Shown: piece after piece, positions 55,457 to 64,000 of the stretch | Position numbering within the stretch: position 1 is the stretch's first letter | Layout: each line of letters starts with the position of its first letter | Source: Hyaloraphidium curvatum SAG 235-1 | Lineage: Eukaryota; Fungi; Monoblepharomycota | Assembly (NCBI GenBank): GCA_025558095.1 | Contig: JAIVFI010000014.1 | Location: 682,001-746,000, forward strand | DNA length: 64,000 bases | Direction: 5' to 3' | Made by a program: the position numbers and the translations under genes | The notes under the pieces: generated by a model | Seen by the model: only the letters and a program-made list of their open reading frames with translations | What the model was told of the DNA's origin: nothing | The model's database searches: none

Positions 55457-56896
55457 GGCGGCGGCGGGGATGCGGGGCGGCGGCCGGTGGGGCGGATGGA
55501 AGGGGGGAGACGGTTTGGCGGACGCGTCGGCACGCGCGCCGATCCCGCGGGCGCGGGGTGGGCCCCGGCGATCGGGGGCCGAAGGAGGGCCGGATGCCTT
55601 CTCCGGACCGGTGCAACCGATCAAGAAGATGGAGTTGAAGGTGGATGGACGGGCGATCCGCTTCGGGAGGACCGCTCGCGGCGGATTGCACGCCGGAACG
55701 TGGTGGAATTCGCACTTCGAACGGCAAGAGATTGTGGACCGACGGCACAGAAGGGTCCGCATCGTCAACCATAGTGTTTCTTAATCAGTTCCACGAACTG
55801 CTGGTTTTTATTCACCTCGAGGCTGGCCGGCCCCAACTGTACGCGGCACGGCAAGCCAAACCTCCGGTTCAGTTCGTGCAGGTGCGTGCGGAGGCGACGT
55901 GGAGGCGGTAACCGCGCGGTGGTTCATGAAGAGGGATCCTTGCGTGGAGTCTGGAGTCTGGAGCCGTTGTTCACATTTATCCACAGCCAAAACAGGCTCA
56001 CAACCCCGCTTTCTCCGGGCCCGTCGAAGCTCAGTCCAGACTCTTTGTGCCCGCCACGGCTGCCGGCACCTGCAATCAGCCTGCGGCGACCGCGACAGCA
56101 AACCGCAGCACCTACCCCGCTCTCACGACTACACGATTGGATCGGGCGCACGCCCAGACCCGCCCAAGGACCCTGCTATCCACTGCCAGGCGCAAACAGA
56201 ATGCATTCGGGAGGACTCCGGGCGCAGGACAGGCCTGCAAAAGCGTTCCGAAGATGCCATCCGCCATGGGTGCGCTGCGTCGTGCGGGACGGACAGGGCG
56301 GCGGGGGAGCCTGATGCCGAGCCGACTCGGGCCGCCCCCGCTCCAGACCAGCGCGCTCGCTTGGCGGCGCCCGTTCCGCGCGGCGCAAGGCCATCGGCAG
56401 GAGACATCGGCCACAGAAGATGTGCATGCTGCTGTTCTCGGAGGAGGCATGGTGCTCGATAGTAGAACGTCCAAACGGTTGGGGGTACGCGACAAGGTCG
56501 AGGGCCCTCTACATGTGCTCTGCACGCCAGGGGCTTACGGAGGCCCCGGTACGCGGCACGGCACCGATCGGCAACGCGGGATCATGCTTTGCGTCCGCGG
56601 CAACGGCGGCGGCTCTGCTTGGAGGCTTTTGGGACGGCCAGGACTAGGAATCGGGCTCGCCGCAGGGTGCGGCCACGCGGCCGGCCGGTCTGCCGGTCGG
56701 GTATGTGGTCTGGTGGAGGCGGCGGCTCAGAGGCGCGACGAGATGGAAGCGTAGCCCTTGGATTCTTCGAGAGCTGCGATCCAACTGCTACCTCAGCTCC
56801 AAAGAACTAGCCATCTCAATGGACCAATATAGCGGTGCGGTCTTGGGCCCTGACTGCAAGCAATCCTTGCGCATGTTCCGCACTTTCCTTTGAACG

Positions 56897-57733
56897 ATGC
56901 GCACCTTCCCGCCGCTGCTGGCGATTGCCGCCCTCACCGTGCTCGCGCTTCTCGCGTGGCCGATGCCGTCCGCGGTTGCCGCGCCCGCCGCGCGCGCGCC
57001 CTCCGCGCCCGGCGACGCCGCCCGCCTCGCGCCGCGGCAGCCGCGCACCTCCGCGCGGCGCCGCACGACATCGCGCCGCGCGACGCCCCGCGCATCCACG
57101 ACGCAGCGCCGCTCGTCGACCGCTCGCCGCTCGTCGACCGCTCGCCGCTCGTCGACCCGCGCGGTGGGCGGCCGCCGCACATCACGCCGCGCCGCTAACT
57201 CGTACCGCTAATTCGCACCGCCAACCCGCACCGCTAATTCGCACCGCCAACTCGCCCCGCAGACCACCGCACGCCCGCCCACGCCGTCCGTCTACTGCCG
57301 CCGCCCGGCGCTCGCGATCCCCGACCCCGGCAACGCAACCGACGCCGTGCTGGTGCCCGCCATCGGCACCGTGCGCGACCTCGACCTCGTGCTCGACGTC
57401 CTGCACCCGTACGCCCCCGACGTGTTCATTTGGCTGCGCAGGCAGGACGGCCGCACCGCCTTCGTCTTCCGCACCTACCCCGACTCGCGCAGGCGAAACG
57501 CACGGCGCGCCGTGGCCCCCGCAGCTTGCCTTCAGGTGCGGCGCAACATCACGCTGGACGACGCCGCCACGGTGGGCCTGCCGACCTGCGCTCCACCACG
57601 GATGCGGCCAACGGAGGGCCTGGACAGGTTCAACGGCGGGCCAGCAGGGGGCCTGTGGAGGCTTACGTTGCGCGATGCGGTCGCCCAGGACAGGGGGACC
57701 CTTTACGGCTGGTGCCTGGTCATCCGCGTGTGA
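56897..57733 (+). CDS. Secreted protein with basic Arg/Ser/Thr linker and stand-alone proprotein-convertase P-domain
   Basis: Signal peptide; RRSST repeats; after intron 57164-57262 it reads LAIPD...HPY..DV.IWL...L..FNG....G.WRL...D....D.GTL.GW.L. Confidence 0.75.
57192..57256 (+). repeat. Five 13-bp tandem units (CCGCYAAYYCGYM) inside an intron
   Basis: Units start at 57192, 57205, 57218, 57231 and 57244, immediately before the CCGCAG acceptor. Confidence 0.85.
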
Positions 57734-58003
57734 GCGGGGGACTGCTCATCATAAGGCGCAGGGGTTCGGTGTGCCGCGCAGGCGGGATATGTAGACGACC
57801 CACTAAGAATACCGCGCAAGCCCAGACCCGCGCAGGGCCGCTTTCTCTTGTGACTGGCGTGCGGGATGCTCTGTTGAGAAACTCGGACGCAGGGCACGGT
57901 TTTCATAAGCCCTCGAAGGTGCCCTAGTGCACCATGTGGAGCGGACGGAGGGGTTGGGGAGGCGTTGATGCGACATGCATTTGCTGACCCGTGTGGCTGC
58001 GCG

Positions 58004-59659
58004 CTACATCCCTGCCAGCACTGCTGCGAGTTCGTCCCTGACCTCTGCCGCCGTCGGCCGGTGCCTCCAATCCCGCCTGCAGCACATCCTGTAGACGCGC
58101 TCGAGCTCCCGCTCCGGCGCGCCACCCTGCCAGTCGGGCGGCCTCCCCTGCCCGAGGTAATCCCTGACGATCTGCGACAAGGAGCGTCAACCGCCGACAC
58201 GGGTGCGGGACCGCCAAGCGCGTCGCAGCCCACCTGATCCCCCGCCATCCTCCCGAACGGCCTCCGCATCCGCGCCGCCGCGCACCAGCACATGACCCCG
58301 AGCGCCCACACGTCACCCGCCCTCCTCCCCTCGGGCGTCGCCCACCCCGCGCGGTCGATCCACAGCTCGGGCGCGGCAAAGTGCACCGAGCCGTGGGGAT
58401 GCCGCGCGTCGCGGCAGGAATACACGCCCAGGCCGATCCGGGAGAGGCCGAAATCCGCCACGGCGGCGCGCGACGGGAAGAGGAGCACGTTGGCGGGCTT
58501 GAGGTCCGCGTGGACGAGGGAGCACGCGTGCAAGAAGGCGACGCCGGCGGCGGCGTCGCGGAGGTGGGAGACGGCGAGGCGGAGGTAATCAGGGCCCTGC
58601 GCGCCGGCGAGGAAGGCGTCGAGGGAGGAGTCGGCGCGGGGGGAGACGGTGCGCCGGGGGCGGGTGCCGAAGGCGATGAGCTCCAGGACTGCAAGCGCGG
58701 TACAGGGTGGAGGCGGTGAGGGGCGGCACCGGGTTGTGCCGATGGGGCCCACCGTGGTCGCGGCCGTCGTTCCCCGCGAGGTCCGCGTTGGCCGGGTCGG
58801 TCGCTTGGCGCGAGAGGAAAGTCCAGTAGATGACCTCCTTCCTGAAGGCTTCCATGGCCTCAAAGTGGATGGGAACGTCGCCGGCATTCCTGCGGGGATC
58901 GACGGCGTACTTGACCGCGACGGGCCGGCCGCGGTAGCTGCCCCCGAACACGACGCCCTGGCCGCCGCTTCCCAGCACGTCGTTGAAATCGACCGCCAGC
59001 TGATCGTCGTCGATCTGCGCCGTGGCCATGGTGGCCTCGTGCTGCGCGGCCCGAAGGTCCACCAGGTCCCGCGTCGAGCCCGCGGCCAGCTCGCGCGGGG
59101 CCTGCCCGGCCCGGTTGCGAGCCGAAAGGTCGATCGCCCAGGGGTGCTTGAAGAACTCGCTGATCAGCGGGTCGGATGCGTTGCGGCACGCGTGGTGGAA
59201 CGGCGTGTTGCCGTCCCGATCGACGCGGAGCGGGTCGACGGCGAACGCGTCGGTGAGGGAGAGGAGGTACCGCACCAGGGCGACCCCGCGGTCCGGGAAG
59301 GACGCCGAGCTGGCGCAAATGGCACCGAGGCCGGTCTGTCCCGCCTGTGTGCCCGCCCACTTGGGGCCGTGGACGTCGCCGAACGTGTCGACGAGCACCC
59401 TCACGGCATCGACGTGGTTGTGCCTGCACGCGAGCGTGAACGGCACCTCGCCTTCGATGTCGACTTGGTGGTTCTCTGCTCCGCCTTCCTGCAGCGCCAG
59501 CATCACGTCCGCGTGGCCGTTGCGCGCGGCCCACATGAGCCCCGTGCGGCCGCGCGGGTCGCGCACGTTCGGGTCGAAGCCGGGCGATTCGAGGAAACCC
59601 CGCACGGCATCGACGTCTCCATTTTGGCAGGCAGCGAACCACCTGCGGAGGTCCGCCAT
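58004..59659 (-). CDS. Ankyrin-repeat protein kinase (third paralog, non-RD), multi-exon
   Basis: MADLRRWFAACQNGD start like 43639; ankyrin repeats; GSGGQG, VAVK, HADLKPAN, DFG, APE. Confidence 0.88.
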
Positions 59660-59811
59660 CCGCGTCCAATGCAGGAGAAGGGAGGGCGGCCCGTTGACGC
59701 GATCGCGTTGTCGGCCAAGGGCAAGGGCTTGCCATGCCGATCTTCCGCGCCATCCTCGCCCCGGCCATCGCGGCGTCCTCAGCCCCTCTGCGCCTCCTAT
59801 CCGCCGCAAAG

Positions 59812-61019
59812 ATGTCGTCCGGCTGCTGCCCGCCCAACTCAGAGCCGTACCTCAAGGCCGACTACGCGACGAAGGGCGCCACGACCACCTTGCCGTCGGG
59901 CGTCGAGGCCTACGTCGTCGGTGGGCGGATCGGCCGCCGGACGCGTGGAATCCCGCTCATCGTGCCCGTCCGTGTGCGATGCAGGCCCCAAGGATGCCAA
60001 GAAGGCGGTCGGTCCCGCTGCCTTGGCCCCGCGCGTGGCCCCCGCTCACCCGACCGTCCCCCACGCCCTCCCTTCCCGCTCCCCAGATCCTCGTGATCCC
60101 CGACGTGTGGGGCTGGAACTCGGGCCGTGTCCGCGCCATTGCCGACAACTTTGGCGACGGCGGCTACCGCGTCGTGGTGCCGAAGCTGCTGACCCCCCCG
60201 CTCGAGGGCGGCACCGACGGCGACGGTGGGTCCGGTTGCCCATCACGTGTGGCGACCGGGGAGCTGATATCGCCCGCCACCCACGTCCAGCGCTGCCCCC
60301 GGACTTTGACATCGAGAAGCGGATGATGGACCTCGTCGGGTACCTCAAGAAGTTCCCCTTCGCCTCGAGCCTGAAGCCCAAGGTCGCCTCGTGCCTCAAG
60401 GACATCAAGGCCGGCGGCGCGGACAAGATCGGCATGATCGGATACTGCTGGTTTGCCCCCGCTCCGTCAGGGCTGTCGGGATCACGGCTGATCCCGGTCC
60501 CGCCCGCCTGCCAGGGGAGGCTGGGTCATCGCCCACACCGCCGCCGACCCCGCGGCCGGCCCGCTCGTCAACGCCGCGGCCATCTTCCACCCCTCGATCC
60601 ACCTCGAGGACGGCGTGTGGGGCGGCAAGGCCGCGGAGCTGCTCGGGAAGTCGTCCGCGCCGATGCTCTTCTGCCCCGCCGAAAACGACCCGCCGGTCTA
60701 CATGTGGGTCCGCCGCCGCCGATGCTTGCGTTGGTTCCGGTGCTGATGGGCGAAACACGGCAGTCCGGGCGGCCCGTACTACGACTCGCTCAAGAAGGTC
60801 CAGCCCGCCACGGCCTCGGTCCCTTTCAAGGGCGTGCAGCACGGCTTCGTGAACCGCGGGGACTTGGCCGCGCCCGGCGTGAAGGAGGCCGTCGGGAAGG
60901 CGATCGACGACGCCGCGGCGTTCTTCTCGACCACCCTGTGGGTTGGCCCGTCGCTAGGCGGACGGATGCGGGGTTGTGCTGACCGTACGTTCGGCAGGGG
61001 ATCGGGACAGAAGCTCTAA
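59812..61019 (+). CDS. Dienelactone hydrolase family protein (copy 2), multi-exon
   Basis: MSSGCCPPNSEPYLKADYATKG, PDVWGW, GYCWG, HGFVNRG; close paralog of 54324-55456. Confidence 0.9.
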
Positions 61020-61039
61020 AGGGCGGCAATATCATGGCA

Positions 61040-61870
61040 GCCACCTTGTTCTCCGAGCGATTACAAGTAAACCGACGCCCCGCGGTCGAAGCTGATTCAT
61101 GTCCCCCCCGGGTCATTCCGCCCCAACCCCGATCCATCACTCGACCGGATCCCCGTACTTGTTCCGCTTGGGACCCTCCGGCGCGCCCTCGGTCTGCGGC
61201 TTCGGTCCGCGAGCGGCCGCCGGCGGTGGGGGCGGTATGTACAGCGTCGTCCCCGGCGGCGGGCCCTGCGGCCAAGGCCCCATATCCTTCGGGAACCTTC
61301 ACCTCCGTCAGCCTTACCATAAAGCGATCGCGGTTCACCCACGGCCAGTTCGGGTTGTACTCCTCCTCCCCCAGCCCCCTCGCCTCGCGGTCCCTCCGGA
61401 TCTCGTCCCGCACGAGCTCCACCAGCGCCGAGCCCTCGAGGTCCCGGCCCAGCCGCGTTAGCGCGGCCTGGCCGCCGAGCATGGATCCGAACACGAGGCC
61501 GACGATCGAGAACACTTCCACCGGGGGGCGATGAGCGCGTTTCGGGGGGGGAAACGCGTCGGGGCCCACCGCCGTACGCGACCGCCGCCCTCCCGCCCTT
61601 GAGTTCCCGCCTGACCGTGACCACCCTGCCCAACCCCAGCCCGACCGCCGTGCCCGCGGCCGCCGACCCGCGGAGGGTGGCCCACGCGCGCCTCACTGCG
61701 CGGTCCTCGTCCGGGGACAGGGTGTACCGCGAGGTGCGCTCGGCGAGGTGCCTGAAGAAGGCCTGGTCGGGCTGGTACGTCTGGTGCTCGGGGGAGTGCG
61801 CGGGGGAGTCGACGGGGAAGAGGGAGGAGGACGAGGATGGCGAGGAGGAGGGGGGATCGGGGGAGGACAT
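61040..61870 (-). CDS. Hypothetical two-TM membrane protein
   Basis: Ser-rich start, two Gly-rich hydrophobic segments separated by an intron; 3' end uncertain. Confidence 0.45.
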
Positions 61871-61974
61871 GGTGCGCGGAGTTGGATCGGATGGCGCGGG
61901 GGGCAAGGGATTCAAACAGACACGCGTTCGCGTTCTCCCAGGTGTGAATTCAATCCAGAAACCCCGGCCATCGA

Positions 61975-62670
61975 TCAACTTGCACCGGAGTGTGCTTCAT
62001 CATCCGCGGGTCCCTCGGCACACCAGCGTTCCGCCTCACGCAGCGTCCGCGCAGCGTACACGTGGTCCGTGCGCGCCGCCAGCCTACCCCGCATCCTCGG
62101 GTCGTCCAGCGACACCGTGGGACGGTGCGGCCGCAACCACGGCGGACCCCAATAATGCTCCGGACCGGCGCTCTGCGCCGGGTCCAACAGCCCGATCGGG
62201 CGGCGGTACCAATGCGACCGCGGCGCGAACGAGACCGCCACGCACTCGAGTACCGGTTTCGGCCCCGCTGCGGGGGCAGCTACGGGCTGTGGCCTCTCCC
62301 CGGGATGTGACTCGACTTCCGGCGGGCGAGACTCCCCGCCGAGTGCCACGACCGTGGTCGCAGCCGCCTCCGCCGGCCACGGTGGTTCGCGGTGCCTCCG
62401 CTCCTTCGCCTGCCAGAGGTACCCGACCGCCCCCGCCACCGCGTCGCGCAGCCGCTGCACGCTCATCGGGGGCCCGCAGAGCGCGTCCAGCAGGCGCCCC
62501 GTCACCAGCGGCGGCAGCCAGTGCGGCACGACGGCCGGCGCACGCAGCCGCCGCCCGAACTCGCGCGCCGCCGCCGCGTCGTCCCTGTCGACGATGATGC
62601 GCCCGGCGCCCGGGTTCGGTTCGAGCGCGAGGTGACCCGGGCCTCCGTCGGGGTCCCTGCCGCCCCACAT
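61975..62670 (-). CDS. Hypothetical protein
   Basis: 231-aa ORF with protein-like composition and no recognised motif. Confidence 0.4.
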   Translation of the reverse strand: MWGGRDPDGGPGHLALEPNPGAGRIIVDRDDAAAAREFGRRLRAPAVVPHWLPPLVTGRLLDALCGPPMSVQRLRDAVAGAVGYLWQAKERRHREPPWPAEAAATTVVALGGESRPPEVESHPGERPQPVAAPAAGPKPVLECVAVSFAPRSHWYRRPIGLLDPAQSAGPEHYWGPPWLRPHRPTVSLDDPRMRGRLAARTDHVYAARTLREAERWCAEGPADDEAHSGAS

Positions 62671-63140
62671 CGCTGCGGCGAGTTCAAATCAGACGGCGGC
62701 AATGTGGGGGTCCCCCGTCAAACCCGTGGCTGACGCGGGGCTCGCTGGCGCTCGCAGAGCCGCTCCGCGGCAAAGCTACATGGCAGACCGCGGTCGGGAT
62801 GCGGTTGGATTCATAGCGACGGTAACGCATCGCCCTTCCGCCGCAAAAGGTAGAATCAGTGTCCGTTCGCGCACCGGTGTAGAGTCACAGCGGTGCCAGC
62901 GACACGAGGATATCCTGAGTCGGCACATCCCGGCGGCGTGATGGATACGTTCCTTCAATACTACAGAAACCCGCTGGAGGGTTCGACCTCGACCCGGCTT
63001 GCGTGCGGCTTGACCTCGCCGGACCGCTGGCTGCGGCGGCGAACCAGCATCCGTCCGCGCGGGGCACTCCTTCCCGATCGTCCGTCCTGGTTCGGCACCG
63101 CTTAGAGCGGGCTCGCTCGGGGCCGACCGGGGCGTCCCGC

Positions 63141-64000
63141 TCACCCCTCTCCTTCGCCCCCGCACCCGTCCGGCAGCCCCACGTCCTCCCCCCTCAGCAT
63201 CGCCTCCACCACCGCCACGTTCCTCCGGATCAGGCACTCCCTGTTCTCCGCCAACCTCCGCAGCATCGCGCCGTACTCTTCTTCCCCCACCCCGGACATC
63301 GCCTCGTGCGCCGCGCGCACGCTCCCGTCGCGCGCAGCAAAGTGCGCCCGCGGGTCCAGGAACGGGAACCTCCGCAGCACCCCGGCTTCGATGCAGAGCG
63401 GCGCGAGCGCGACGAGGGAGTTGAAGAGCACCGAGGAGGTCGTGTGCAGGCCGTACCCCGCCGCGGGGGCAAAGGCGGGGAGCAGCGCGCGCGCGGCGGA
63501 AAAGTGGGAAAAGTACTCCCCGAACGGCACCCTGCGCCCGCCGCCGGGGAAGGCGACCAGCCCGCGTTCCAGGAGGGCGGGCGGGATGCTGGCGTTGGCG
63601 TGCGGGGGCCCGGAGGAGCCCAGCAGGCGGACGGGGAGGGCGGGGGAGCCTGGCGGCGGGGGCGAGGTTTCGAGCTCGCGGAAGACGGAGGCGTAGTCCC
63701 GGCGCGTGGTGTCGAGCTGCCCGACGATGCCGAGGCCGCGGCGGGAGGTGGAGTTCCAGCCCGCGGGGAAGAGGGGGTAGATGGTGGTGAGGTAGTCGAC
63801 CCTGCCCCTGCCGAAGGGGCGCAGCAGTTCGGTGTTGTGCGGTGCGGTGCCGAGGACGTACGACGGCTCGAGCCAGGCGAGGTGCCGCCGGGCCGTCTCG
63901 GTCGCGAAGAGGTCCGCGGCGTGCACGATCACGGCGATGCGGGGCCGCGTCCCGCCGTGTGGGCACGCCAGCCCGGCTCGCGCTGCGGTCTCGTTGATCG
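63141..64000 (-). CDS. 5'-truncated hypothetical protein, possibly GT-B glycosyltransferase-like
   Basis: Frame open to the window edge; GIVGQLDTTRRDY...LLGS...ALLP...Y....TSSV pattern. Confidence 0.45.
   Translation of the reverse strand, partial: INETAARAGLACPHGGTRPRIAVIVHAADLFATETARRHLAWLEPSYVLGTAPHNTELLRPFGRGRVDYLTTIYPLFPAGWNSTSRRGLGIVGQLDTTRRDYASVFRELETSPPPPGSPALPVRLLGSSGPPHANASIPPALLERGLVAFPGGGRRVPFGEYFSHFSAARALLPAFAPAAGYGLHTTSSVLFNSLVALAPLCIEAGVLRRFPFLDPRAHFAARDGSVRAAHEAMSGVGEEEYGAMLRRLAENRECLIRRNVAVVEAMLRGEDVGLPDGCGGEGEG

Noticed and set aside
55800-56850. Gene-poor interval with several 130-235 aa ORFs
   Set aside because: No coding bias, motifs, terminal repeats or convincing RNA structure seen; treated as intergenic.
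57192-57256. Short repeats resembling a mini CRISPR array
   Set aside because: Contiguous 13-bp units with no spacers, lying inside a spliceosomal intron; no cas genes.
58649-60982. 777-aa plus-strand ORF, and similar long ORFs at 16262-18403, 17454-19505 and 20148-22118
   Set aside because: These are antisense or off-frame shadows of real genes in GC-rich DNA with few stop codons; the translations are Arg/Pro/Ala-rich with no motifs.

Overview
This is GC-rich eukaryotic DNA with dense genes and many short (about 45-65 nt) GT-AG introns. The gene set (Mlp1/TPR, VTC1, sideroflexin, aspartate kinase, AA11-like LPMO, Ego1/LAMTOR1-like) points to a fungus, probably an early-diverging chytrid/monoblepharid-like one; that assignment is inference. 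About 30 genes can be supported. The standout is a ~5.5 kb TIR transposon (38042-43583, TA at both ends, 29-bp TIRs). It carries (i) an intron-containing IS630/Tc1-mariner transposase with unusual DD44E spacing, (ii) an F-box plus Cys-rich cargo gene, and (iii) a ~996-aa Fanzor (eukaryotic TnpB-like RuvC nuclease) with intact D-E-D catalytic motifs, an NLS and an N-terminal array of Cys/His knuckles. A structured ~220-nt non-coding segment follows the Fanzor and ends at the right TIR, where an omega-RNA is expected. This is a candidate complete eukaryotic RNA-guided DNA nuclease system. Other notable items are a DEP-domain/G6PD fusion, a four-copy DVLxLRxRxxVQ motif in Mlp1/TPR, a modular secreted family with a shared N-terminal cassette and swapped Cys-rich C-termini, three non-RD ankyrin kinases, a 7-nt microexon, and an intron with a tandemly amplified branch point. 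All calls come from reading motifs by eye; no database searches were run.
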